A DNA stretch of 64,000 nt from NCBI GenBank assembly GCA_965232825.1, contig OZ247429.1:1568585-1632584 (forward strand). Reading direction: 5' to 3'. A model generated the notes under the pieces. That model did not search any database and had not been told where the DNA came from. It was given only the letters and a program-made list of their open reading frames with translations. Shown piece after piece: positions 17,088 through 26,150 of the stretch. Within the stretch, counting starts at the first letter, position 1. The number at the start of each line of letters is the position of its first letter. The position numbers and the translations under genes are program-made. This DNA is from Dehalococcoidia bacterium. GTDB taxonomy: Bacteria; Chloroflexota; Dehalococcoidia; Lucifugimonadales; Lucifugimonadaceae.

Positions 17088-18389
17088 ATGACTTCGCAAC
17101 AAAACTACCGGGCACCACGCGGCGTCGCCGACATCCTTCCAGACGATCAAACCGTCTGGAACGCGGTCAAGAAAACCGCCATCAACTCCGCACGCCAGTT
17201 CGGATACCAGCAGATCGACACCCCAATCTTCGAAAATACCGGCCTATTCCGCCGCGGTGTAGGCGGTGAAACCGACATCGTCCAAAAAGAGATGTACTCC
17301 TTTGACGACCTCGGCGGCGAGTCTCTAACTCTGCGACCCGAAGGCACCGCGCCCGTTTGCCGCTCGTACATCGAGCACGGCATGCACAACCTCCCGCAAC
17401 CGGTCCGCCTCTTCTACATCGCTCCCATGTTCCGTTACGACCGTCCGCAAGCCGGCCGGTATCGCCAACACCACCAGTTCGGGTGCGAAGCTATCGGTGA
17501 CCCTTCGCCAACCATCGACGCCGAAATCATCGAGATCGGTCTCCACTACATCACCGCACTCGGCCTATCAGACGTCACCGTCCGAATCAACTCCATCGGT
17601 GACCCAGAAACTCGCACCAGCTACAACGACGATCTTCGTAACCACTACGCAAAATACGCCAACGACCTGCCTAAAGTTGACCGCGACCGCCTCGAAAGGG
17701 CCCCACTCCGACTCCTCGACTCCAAAGAACCCGCGACCCAAAAGCTCAGCGCCGACGCGCCGAAATCATTGGATTATCTCTCGGACGAAGCACAAAATCA
17801 CTGGGAAAACCTGTTAGTCCTGTTGGACGGTCTAAAAACCGCCTACCCCAACTTCAGCTACCGTACCGACCACACCCTCGTCCGCGGCCTGGACTACTAC
17901 AACCGAACCGTCTTCGAGTTCGAACCATCCACCGAAGGCAGCCAAACTTCGCTCTTCGGCGGCGGAAGATACGACCCGCTCATCGGCATCCTCGGCGGCA
18001 ACCCAACACCGGGCGTCGGCTTCGGCTCCGGCATCGAAAGAATCATCCTCGAAACTCAACGACAAGAATCACTCGATGTAGCCGAAGCGCCTCGCAACGC
18101 TGTAATGGTCCACGTCGGCGACAACGCCACCATACGCGCTGCCCAACTCGCCGCCGAACTGCGCAACCACGGCATATCCGTCCTCATGGCCCCCGCCGGC
18201 AAGTCAATGCGCGCACAGATGCGTTACGCAAACCGCGCCAACGCAAACTATGCCATCATCATCGGCAACCGTGAAATCGAACAAGGCGTCGCAGCCGTAA
18301 AGCCACTCCAATTCGACGGCGACCAAAATACACTCTCACTCGACTCCACAACAATCGCAAACTTCATTGCCCCTTCGAATAATGCCTGA
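17088..18389 (+). CDS. hisS: Histidine--tRNA ligase
   Basis: 433 aa with class II motifs (LRPEGTAPVCRSY, RLFYIAPMFRYDRPQAGRYRQHHQFGCE, GGGRYD) and a C-terminal anticodon-binding domain. Confidence 0.97.
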   Translation: MTSQQNYRAPRGVADILPDDQTVWNAVKKTAINSARQFGYQQIDTPIFENTGLFRRGVGGETDIVQKEMYSFDDLGGESLTLRPEGTAPVCRSYIEHGMHNLPQPVRLFYIAPMFRYDRPQAGRYRQHHQFGCEAIGDPSPTIDAEIIEIGLHYITALGLSDVTVRINSIGDPETRTSYNDDLRNHYAKYANDLPKVDRDRLERAPLRLLDSKEPATQKLSADAPKSLDYLSDEAQNHWENLLVLLDGLKTAYPNFSYRTDHTLVRGLDYYNRTVFEFEPSTEGSQTSLFGGGRYDPLIGILGGNPTPGVGFGSGIERIILETQRQESLDVAEAPRNAVMVHVGDNATIRAAQLAAELRNHGISVLMAPAGKSMRAQMRYANRANANYAIIIGNREIEQGVAAVKPLQFDGDQNTLSLDSTTIANFIAPSNNA

Positions 18390-19485
18390 AGCCACACCCA
18401 TTGAAAACCGACTCCGGGCCAGCCTGCAAGCTGCTGCCGAACGACAAACTGAACTCGAAACCCAGATGTCGCAACCGGACGTCGCCTCCGATCGTCTCAA
18501 GATGCAACGTCTCGGACGAGAATACTCACGCATCTCCGCGCTAGTCCGTCTCCGCGACGAATTCGATGCCGTCCTCGAAGAGATCGCCGACGCACAAACC
18601 ATCCTCGCCGAAGAAACCGACGACGAAATGCTCGAGATGGCAAGGGACATCACTAGAGATCAACAAGCACGGCACGACGAACTAATCGATGAAATCCAAA
18701 TCGCGCTCATCCCGCGGGACGAAACGGATGACGCCGACGCCGTCCTCGAAATTCGCGCCGGCACTGGTGGCGACGAAGCCGGTCTCTTCGCAAACGAGCT
18801 CTACCGCATGTACCAACGCTTCGCCGAGCTTCACGGTTGGAAAACTTCCGTCCTTTCACTGAACGACACCGGCATCGGAGGCCTAAAAGAGGTCGTCTTC
18901 GAGATCGAAGGCGAGGGAGCTTATCCACGCCTCAAACACGAAAGCGGTACCCACCGCGTCCAACGAGTACCCCAGACGGAGTCTCAAGGGCGCATCCACA
19001 CCTCCGCCGCAACCGTCGCCGTCCTGCCAAAAGCCGAGGACATCGACGTTGCCATCGACGACAAGGATCTCAAGATCGACATCTTCCACGCCGGCGGACA
19101 CGGCGGTCAAAACGTCAACAAAGTCGCCACCGCCGTCCGCATCACCCACGAACCAACAGGCATCGTCGCCCAATGTCAAAACGAGCGCTCGCAGCTACAA
19201 AACAAGATGCAAGCAATGGATATTCTCCGCGCCCGTCTATGGGACATGGAATTGCGCCGCCGCGCGTCCGAACAAGCCGCTAATCGAAAAGCGCAAGTCG
19301 GCTCTGGCGACCGCTCCGAAAAAATCCGCACCTACAACTTCCCGCAATCCCGGGTAACCGACCATCGCATCAACCTCACCAGCCACAATCTCCCGAAAAT
19401 CCTCGACGGCGAGATCGACGAGTTCGTTGATGCGCTACAACAGGTCGAGCAGACTCGCAAAATCCAAGCCGCATCCGCGACATAA
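18367..19485 (+). CDS. prfA: Peptide chain release factor 1
   Basis: It has the GGQ motif (HAGGHGGQNVNKV) and the RF1-type P-x-T tripeptide context RVQRVPQTESQGRIHTS. It overlaps the hisS end; an alternative start ATG at 18382 overlaps the hisS stop. Confidence 0.97.
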   Translation: MPLRIMPEATPIENRLRASLQAAAERQTELETQMSQPDVASDRLKMQRLGREYSRISALVRLRDEFDAVLEEIADAQTILAEETDDEMLEMARDITRDQQARHDELIDEIQIALIPRDETDDADAVLEIRAGTGGDEAGLFANELYRMYQRFAELHGWKTSVLSLNDTGIGGLKEVVFEIEGEGAYPRLKHESGTHRVQRVPQTESQGRIHTSAATVAVLPKAEDIDVAIDDKDLKIDIFHAGGHGGQNVNKVATAVRITHEPTGIVAQCQNERSQLQNKMQAMDILRARLWDMELRRRASEQAANRKAQVGSGDRSEKIRTYNFPQSRVTDHRINLTSHNLPKILDGEIDEFVDALQQVEQTRKIQAASAT

Positions 19486-19499
19486 CTCAGCAATCCAAC

Positions 19500-20363
19500 T
19501 TGCCAACGATAGCGGAAGCGATCCGCACAACCACATCCAAACTCCTTAACGCCGGAATCACTCCCGACGACGCCCCCATCGAAGCTCGCACAATTCTCCG
19601 ACACGCATGCGGCTTAACCCAAGAGAAACTCCTCGCCGGTCACGCGGATCAACTGCCGGAAACCACAATCCAAGAGCTTGATCGCCTCCTAATTCGTCGC
19701 ACAACCCGCGAACCACTCGCCTACATCCTCGGCGAAAGAGAGTTCTATGGTCGAACGTTCAGAGTCGACCAACGCGTTCTGATACCAAGACCCGAAACTG
19801 AGACCCTAATCGACCTTTGCACCGAATTCGTCGCACACAACAACGTCGCACAACCCAACATCTGCGACATCGGCACGGGCTCCGGCATCATCGCCATCAT
19901 GCTAGCCGAGCAACTCCCGAACGCCAACATCACCGCGACCGATATCAGCACCAAAGCGCTCGAACTCGCCAAGATCAACGCAAATCATCACTCAGCCAAC
20001 ATCTATTTCGTCGTCGAAGACGCTACACGAACCGTGACACGCGGCAACTTCGACATCATCGTCTCTAATCCCCCGTACATTCAAACGTACACCCTCGACG
20101 ACCTCCAACCCGAAGTTCGAGATTGGGAGCCACGACGAGCCTTAGATGGCGGCCCTGACGGTATGAACGTCTTGCGTCCATTGATCCGCTCGTTGTCCGA
20201 ACTGTTACGCAAAAACAGCCCAACCGCCGCGTTCATAGAGATCGATCCGACCGTGGTTGCATCCTGCCTCGACGTGGCCCACCAAATTCTGCCTGATGCC
20301 GAGATACAGATCCACCGCGACTTCGCCGGATTGGAACGCTTCCTCGTCATCCTCCGCAACTGA
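19500..20363 (+). CDS. prmC: Release-factor glutamine N5-methyltransferase
   Basis: 287 aa with a TTG start in the track, SAM motif DIGTGSGIIA and catalytic NPPY (VSNPPYI). It lies immediately downstream of prfA. Confidence 0.9.
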   Translation: MPTIAEAIRTTTSKLLNAGITPDDAPIEARTILRHACGLTQEKLLAGHADQLPETTIQELDRLLIRRTTREPLAYILGEREFYGRTFRVDQRVLIPRPETETLIDLCTEFVAHNNVAQPNICDIGTGSGIIAIMLAEQLPNANITATDISTKALELAKINANHHSANIYFVVEDATRTVTRGNFDIIVSNPPYIQTYTLDDLQPEVRDWEPRRALDGGPDGMNVLRPLIRSLSELLRKNSPTAAFIEIDPTVVASCLDVAHQILPDAEIQIHRDFAGLERFLVILRN

Positions 20364-20436
20364 TACACCAAAACGTTAAAATTCTCACGAACCACGCAAT
20401 GCTCGCAACCAACGAGCGAACCAATCGGAGCCCACA

Positions 20437-21960
20437 GTGTCCGAAACCAAAACCCTGAATTCTCTCCTGCAACCGGCATCCGGATCCGATATCGCCATCA
20501 TCGCGCCCGACATCGGATCGTGGACATACGACGAACTCGACACCGAGGTAGACCGCCTTGCGGACATCTTGGCTACCAACGGCGTCGGACCCGGTACCCC
20601 CGTCTCTATCGTTCTCATCAATGGATATGAATTCGTCGCCACGTTCCTCGCCGTCGCCCGAGCCGGCGCGATCGCCGCGCCGCTCAATCCCGCGTACACC
20701 ACCGACGAGTTCAACTTTTTCATGGAAGATGCTGGAGCAAGAGTCGCAATCCTGCCCAACGAACCACACCCTGCTCGCGAAGCCGCCGCAATCATCGGCA
20801 TCAAGACGATCGACGCTGCCCTCACCTCCTCCAACGGTCACCTCCGAGTAACTCTTTCCGCGAACGGAGTCGAACTCACTTCGATGAGCGACGCTTTGCC
20901 CCCTGACGATGCCGACATCGCTCTGTTCCTTCACACCTCCGGCACTACCAGCCGACCCAAGGGCGTGCCGCTCCGCCATCTAAACCTGATGAAGTCCATC
21001 GACAACATCAAAAACACCTACGCCTTGACTCCTGACGACACATCATTGATCGTAATGCCGCTATTCCACGTCCACGGCCTCATCGGCGCGTGTCTGTCGA
21101 CCCTAAACTCTGGCGGCACCGTCGTAGTCCCTCCGAGATTTTCCGCGAGCGCATTCTGGAAACAGCAATCCGATTCGGGATCTACTTGGTACTCCGCAGT
21201 GCCAACTATCCACCAAATTCTGCTAACGCGCGCCGATGACGACGGCGCACCCCACGAATCCCTCCGCATAATCCGCTCCTGCTCCGCCGCCCTCGCTCCC
21301 ACCGTGTTCGACGCTCTCGAAAGTCGCTTTGGCGCACCAGTTCTCGAAGCATACGGCATGACCGAGGCCTCACACCAGATGTCCAGCAGTCCGTTGCCGC
21401 CAGGCTCGCGTATCCCCGGCACCGTCGGACAGGCCACCGGCGTCGAAGTCGCCATCATGGCTGACGAAAACACCGGCAAGTCGGCGGAAAATGGTCAACG
21501 CGGCGAGGTCGTCATTAAAGGCGAAAACGTCATGTGGGGATACCACAACAACGAAGAGGCCAATGCCGACGCATTCGTAAACGGATGGTTCCGCACCGGC
21601 GATCAAGGGTTCCTCGACAACAACGGCTACCTTACGCTGACCGGCCGATTGAAAGAACTCATCAATCGCGGTGGCGAAAAGATCTCTCCGCTCGAAGTAG
21701 ACGCAACTCTTTTGGAGCATCCCGCGGTCGCCGAGGCAGTCTGTTTCGCGGCTCCTGACGATATGTACGGCGAATGTGTCCGGGCCGCAGTAGTTCTCCG
21801 CGACGATTGCGAACAACAAGAAATCCAAGATTTCTGCCGCGAGCGGTTAGCCGACTTCAAAGTACCCGACGTCATCTACTTCGCCGACGAGTTGCCGCGC
21901 ACCGCGACCGGTAAGATCCAGCGTCGCCACGTCGCCACCGCATTTGTCGAAAACAAATGA
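20437..21960 (+). CDS. AMP-dependent acyl-CoA synthetase/ligase (short AAE3/Pcs60-like, possibly oxalate--CoA ligase type)
   Basis: 507 aa with AMP-binding motifs LFLHTSGTTSRPKGV, YGMTEASH, GWFRTGDQG, GRLKELINRGGEKISPLEVD and TATGKIQRR. The length and several blocks (PLFHVHGL, WYSAVPTIHQILL, IRSCSAALAP) recall oxalyl-CoA synthetases from memory. Confidence 0.85.
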   Translation: MSETKTLNSLLQPASGSDIAIIAPDIGSWTYDELDTEVDRLADILATNGVGPGTPVSIVLINGYEFVATFLAVARAGAIAAPLNPAYTTDEFNFFMEDAGARVAILPNEPHPAREAAAIIGIKTIDAALTSSNGHLRVTLSANGVELTSMSDALPPDDADIALFLHTSGTTSRPKGVPLRHLNLMKSIDNIKNTYALTPDDTSLIVMPLFHVHGLIGACLSTLNSGGTVVVPPRFSASAFWKQQSDSGSTWYSAVPTIHQILLTRADDDGAPHESLRIIRSCSAALAPTVFDALESRFGAPVLEAYGMTEASHQMSSSPLPPGSRIPGTVGQATGVEVAIMADENTGKSAENGQRGEVVIKGENVMWGYHNNEEANADAFVNGWFRTGDQGFLDNNGYLTLTGRLKELINRGGEKISPLEVDATLLEHPAVAEAVCFAAPDDMYGECVRAAVVLRDDCEQQEIQDFCRERLADFKVPDVIYFADELPRTATGKIQRRHVATAFVENK

Positions 21961-21966
21961 CGCCAA

Positions 21967-23334
21967 TTAACCGACCAGCCAAGAGAGGAAAATACTCGCC
22001 AAACCCAGGTACATCACGATCCCGCAGATGTCGGTCGCAGTCGTCACAATCACTGCCGACGCCATCGCCGGGTCGATGCGAATCAACCGCATGAACATCG
22101 GCACCAACACTCCCGCCAACGCTGCCAATATCAAGTTCATCACGAGCGACAATGTGACCAAAACCGTCAACGCCCAGTCGTCTTTCCAAAGGTGAACGAG
22201 CACACCAAGAATCCCACCCACGGCTACGCTTTGAACTAATGTCAGGACTAACTCAAACAACAAAAGTTGCCAAACGTTTGACAACGAGCGCTCCCCCAGC
22301 GCCATGGAACGGACGATGATCGTCACGGTCTGAGTTCCTGCGATCCCGGCCTGACCCATCACCACCGGCAAGAACGCCGCCAACAACGTCATCGCATCCA
22401 ACGTCGGTTGGAACAAACTCAAAACAAAACCCGCCGACATCACCGTGAACAAGTTCAACACCAACCAAGGCATTCGGTTGCGCATCGCCTCCCGGACGTT
22501 GTACCCAGTTGCGATGCTACCGCCCACACCAAATAAGCGGAACATGTCCTCGGTGGCTTCTTGCTCCGCAATCTCCACCAAACTGTTCGACGTGATCACC
22601 CCCTGCAGCTGACGACGGGTGTTCGTTACCGGTATGCTCGGCAGCCGATAACGTTGCATCAAACGCACCGCACTCTCCTGGTCCTCCGTCGCCGAGACTG
22701 ATATCACGTCCCGGTTCATCACCTCACTGATCGTCGCATTCGGAGGCGCGAACACTAGCTCCGATAACTCTATCCGGCCCACCAACGTATCGTGCGCATC
22801 AACCGCGAACAACTCCCGCAACATCTCCGGGTCCAACTCCATCTGACGCAACACACGCAACGCGTGACGGACCGTCCAATACTCCCGTAACTTGCCAAAC
22901 GACGGTGACATCAACCCGCCGGCATCGTCGTCATCGTGTATCAGCAGATCACCAATGATGTTGAGGTTCCGCATCCGAACCAGCGTCTGCGCAGCCTCAT
23001 CCCAGGCTATGCGATGCAGCAGATCGGTCGCTATCTCGGGGGAAGTCTCGTCCAAAACCTTTGGTCGTCTCGTCTCTGGAATCGCCTCGAATACGCGCGC
23101 CCCTCGATCCACATCAAGATAATCCAGCACATCCGCGATCGCCTCGTTCGCCATGCGATGCAGAAGCTGCCGCAGATGGTCTTCCGAAAGTTCCGCCACC
23201 ACCGCTGCCAAGTCCGCGTGACGCAGCGGGTCCAACCTTTTCAGCGCAACCGAAACACCACCGACCTCCAGCAGATCGGTTACCTCAGAAAGTACGTCGC
23301 CTAGTTCCCAAGGCTCTGGAACTGTCATGGCCAC
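21967..23334 (-). CDS. mgtE: Magnesium transporter MgtE
   Basis: 455 aa with an MgtE N-domain, a CBS pair and a C-terminal 5-TM channel (..IAGTQTVTIIVRSMALGE.., ..DPAMASAVIVTTATDICG..). The track start is GTG 23334; ATG at 23328 is the likelier start. Confidence 0.93.
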   Translation of the reverse strand: MAMTVPEPWELGDVLSEVTDLLEVGGVSVALKRLDPLRHADLAAVVAELSEDHLRQLLHRMANEAIADVLDYLDVDRGARVFEAIPETRRPKVLDETSPEIATDLLHRIAWDEAAQTLVRMRNLNIIGDLLIHDDDDAGGLMSPSFGKLREYWTVRHALRVLRQMELDPEMLRELFAVDAHDTLVGRIELSELVFAPPNATISEVMNRDVISVSATEDQESAVRLMQRYRLPSIPVTNTRRQLQGVITSNSLVEIAEQEATEDMFRLFGVGGSIATGYNVREAMRNRMPWLVLNLFTVMSAGFVLSLFQPTLDAMTLLAAFLPVVMGQAGIAGTQTVTIIVRSMALGERSLSNVWQLLLFELVLTLVQSVAVGGILGVLVHLWKDDWALTVLVTLSLVMNLILAALAGVLVPMFMRLIRIDPAMASAVIVTTATDICGIVMYLGLASIFLSWLVG

Positions 23335-23513
23335 AGCGTGAACTCAATCACTTGATTTTCGCTTTCCGGCGTGAAGATACCCTTGAACGCGCCATCCCTG
23401 TCGGTACATTGACCGACGTCGAGTCGCCCGATATCTTCGTCGCAGCTGATTGAATCGTACCGAATCCACGCCGAGCCATTCAACACTTCATACAACTTCG
23501 GCGGGGATAACAT
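23325..23513 (-). CDS. Small upstream ORF (62 aa) translationally coupled to mgtE (speculative)
   Basis: ATG start at 23513. Its stop TGA overlaps the mgtE ATG (ATGA at 23328-23325). No recognised family and a weak SD. Confidence 0.25.
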   Translation of the reverse strand: MLSPPKLYEVLNGSAWIRYDSISCDEDIGRLDVGQCTDRDGAFKGIFTPESENQVIEFTLWP

Positions 23514-23569
23514 TGAAGGATAGCCGCGGTCGAATCATCGCCGCGACTCAATGTGAAAGGCGTTGAATC

Positions 23570-24433
23570 ATGCTCCTAGGTGTTGCCGGCTTTGTCAAAG
23601 GCGACTGGCTCAATGTCACTGAAGATCAAGTCAAAATGGTCGCGGATAACGGCTTCGTCTCCGCACTTCTCACAATCTCTGACCCGACTGCGGGCGACGA
23701 CAGAGACGTTGAGAACATCAAGACGCTTTATGCCGCCCATGGCCTCAACATGCCGATGACCCGCGGGGCATATGGCGGCGGCCTCTGCAGCGACGATGAA
23801 GACCAACGCAGATGGACCGTCAAATTCCTCGAGAACACCATCCGGCTCTCTGCCAAGATGGCATGCCCCACCACCTACTTTCGTCCCGGAAGCCACAACC
23901 CCAACGGACCGTGGTTGCCGCATCCCGATAACCGCTCAGAAGCAACCTTTGACAACCTAGTCGCCAGCGCGCAACGAGCATGCGCGGTCGCCGACTCCGA
24001 GGGAATCAAACTCGTCGTCGAGGCAGGTGTTGTGTGCCCCCTTTACACGCCGCAGCGCGTGCGAGATTTTTTCGACGCTGTTGACATGCCGGCACTCGGC
24101 TTCAACGTCGATCCCGTAAACCTGGTTGGGTCCCTAGAAATCGCATACGACACCACGTCGCTGATCAATGAATGCATCGACCTCATGGCCGACGAAATCG
24201 TTGGGTGTGACGCTAAAGACTTCACCATCGTCGACGCACTGTTGCCACATTTCGAAGAAGAAGTGATCGGAGCGCCCAACGCGCTCCTTGACAACGTAAC
24301 TCTCCTCGCTCGCCTTCAAGAAACCGCAGCCGACATCACGGTTACCGTCGAACATTATCCCGACGAAAAGATTCCAGCGGCGGCCGCGGGTATTCGAAAA
24401 GCTGCCCAAATTGCAGGGGTGATTTGGGACTGA
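23570..24433 (+). CDS. Sugar-phosphate isomerase/epimerase family (xylose-isomerase-like TIM barrel)
   Basis: 287 aa with family-like blocks (..IKLVVEAG.., ..LGFNVDPVNL.., ..VTVEHYPDE..). The assignment is by general resemblance only. Confidence 0.6.
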   Translation: MLLGVAGFVKGDWLNVTEDQVKMVADNGFVSALLTISDPTAGDDRDVENIKTLYAAHGLNMPMTRGAYGGGLCSDDEDQRRWTVKFLENTIRLSAKMACPTTYFRPGSHNPNGPWLPHPDNRSEATFDNLVASAQRACAVADSEGIKLVVEAGVVCPLYTPQRVRDFFDAVDMPALGFNVDPVNLVGSLEIAYDTTSLINECIDLMADEIVGCDAKDFTIVDALLPHFEEEVIGAPNALLDNVTLLARLQETAADITVTVEHYPDEKIPAAAAGIRKAAQIAGVIWD

Positions 24434-24483
24434 AACTACCCCACGCGCGACTAGAATCGGTAGTAGTCATTTAGGAGTTGAAA

Positions 24484-25239
24484 ATGCCTGCAGACCTAAC
24501 CGGCAAGAGATGCATCGTTACCGGTGGCGCAACCGGGATCGGTCGAGCCTCCGCCATTCGCCTCGCTCAACTCGGCGCAGAAATCGCGATCTTCGACAAT
24601 AACGAAGACGGCAACAACACCGCGATTGAGATCAACGACAACGGTGGTAACTCGAGATTCTGGAGCTGCGACGTCCGTGATGAAGCAAATGTCTCAGGCA
24701 CCGTAATCGCCGCCAAATCGTGGCTCGGCGACATCGATGTCCTTTGTCACTTCGCCGGTGTCCTCCAAGGTGCGTCTATCCCGCTTGAAGGCTTCCCCGA
24801 AAAGACTTGGGACACGGTGCTCGATATCAACTTGCGAGGCACCTACCTCATTGCCAAATACGTCGTGACCGAGATGCTGAAGAAACCCGGCCCTCATCGC
24901 GGCACGATCATCCTCACCGCATCCGGCGCCGGCGTCAAAGGCGGGTCATCGTCGTATGCTTACGGCGCGAGCAAAGGCGGAGTTCATGGCTTCACAATGG
25001 TCATGCAACAATATCTCGAATCTCAAGGCATCCGCGTCAACGACTTCGCACCGGGTTCTGTCGAAACTCCGCTCAAAGTAGCCCAACTTCGTTCCACCGG
25101 CGCAATTACTGAACAACCAACTGCCGATGTTGAACAAGCCGTTGCTTCCCTTACGAACCCTGATGATGTCGCCGAGATCGTCGCGTTCATGGCTAGCGAT
25201 GAAGCCAACGCTTTACGTGGGATAGTATTTACCGCCTAA
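24484..25239 (+). CDS. Short-chain dehydrogenase/reductase (SDR)
   Basis: ATG at 24484 lies 7 nt after AGGAG (24473-24477). It has TGGATGIGRAS, and the catalytic YGASK. Confidence 0.85.
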   Translation: MPADLTGKRCIVTGGATGIGRASAIRLAQLGAEIAIFDNNEDGNNTAIEINDNGGNSRFWSCDVRDEANVSGTVIAAKSWLGDIDVLCHFAGVLQGASIPLEGFPEKTWDTVLDINLRGTYLIAKYVVTEMLKKPGPHRGTIILTASGAGVKGGSSSYAYGASKGGVHGFTMVMQQYLESQGIRVNDFAPGSVETPLKVAQLRSTGAITEQPTADVEQAVASLTNPDDVAEIVAFMASDEANALRGIVFTA

Positions 25240-25280
25240 CCATTGGCGATTCATCTAGCATCTTCTTTCACTGGGATTCG

Positions 25281-26150
25281 ATGGTGGCATATCAATCATC
25301 GCGCGATGTCGCTAAGGCATTCGCGCCCGGAAACATCTCCGGACTTTTCAAAATCATCGCCCACGACGATCCTAAGAAGATGCATTCGCTCGGCTGGGGA
25401 TTCACCGTCCGAGACGGCGTCAACGTCGAACTGTCACGTTCATCCACCACCTCTACCCAGGTCTATTTCAACGGCAAACCCATTGAATTCCCAACCGTTG
25501 CCAGCGCACTTGCTGATGCGTCCAATGTCCCATTCGACGTTGCCATCACTTCGAACTTGCCACTGAGTAGCGGATTCGGTCTCAGCGGCGCCGCCACGTT
25601 CGCCTCCCTCATCGCCGCCAACGACCTGCTGGCTCTCGGCAATTCCAGAGACCAACTCGCCATGATTGCACACGTCGCAGAGGTCCGAAACCTTACCGGA
25701 CTTGGCGACGTTTGCTCGCAGTACAACGGTGGATGTTTGGTGAAGACCGAGGTCGGACACCCGTTGGCAGCCACTTCAATCGACTTACCGCCGACACCGG
25801 TCCACTGGCGCTACTTTGGGAAGATCAAGACTAGCGAGATACTCGCAGACCACGATAGACACCAACTCATAAACGACGCCGCCGGCCATGCATTGTCCGC
25901 AATCCAAAAAACGATCGACGACGGGTCGACCATCACTTTCGCTGAACTCATCTCCCTGGGGTTGGGTTTTGCCACATCCAGCGGCCTGTTGATGGATGAC
26001 CGCGTGCAAAACTCGATTTCTCAAGCTCGTTCCAATGGTGGCGTTGCAACCATGATCATGTTGGGAAACGCCGTCTTCAGCACCGCTCCCTTTCCCGGCA
26101 GCACCGAAACTATGCTGTCCAAAACCGCCGCGCATCTGATCGACGACTAG
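25281..26150 (+). CDS. GHMP-family kinase resembling archaeal-type pantoate kinase (COG1829-like)
   Basis: 289 aa with APGNISGLF near the N-terminus, GHMP motif II variant LPLSSGFGLSGAA, and AHVAEVRNLTGLGDVCSQYNGG. This combination is what I remember for the pantoate kinase family. Substrate unknown. Confidence 0.55.
   Translation: MVAYQSSRDVAKAFAPGNISGLFKIIAHDDPKKMHSLGWGFTVRDGVNVELSRSSTTSTQVYFNGKPIEFPTVASALADASNVPFDVAITSNLPLSSGFGLSGAATFASLIAANDLLALGNSRDQLAMIAHVAEVRNLTGLGDVCSQYNGGCLVKTEVGHPLAATSIDLPPTPVHWRYFGKIKTSEILADHDRHQLINDAAGHALSAIQKTIDDGSTITFAELISLGLGFATSSGLLMDDRVQNSISQARSNGGVATMIMLGNAVFSTAPFPGSTETMLSKTAAHLIDD

Noticed and set aside
23335-23569. M-box (Mg2+) riboswitch upstream of mgtE
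   Set aside because: I could not recognise conserved M-box sequence blocks, and the spacer is largely occupied by the 62-codon ORF. A covariance-model scan is needed for certainty.
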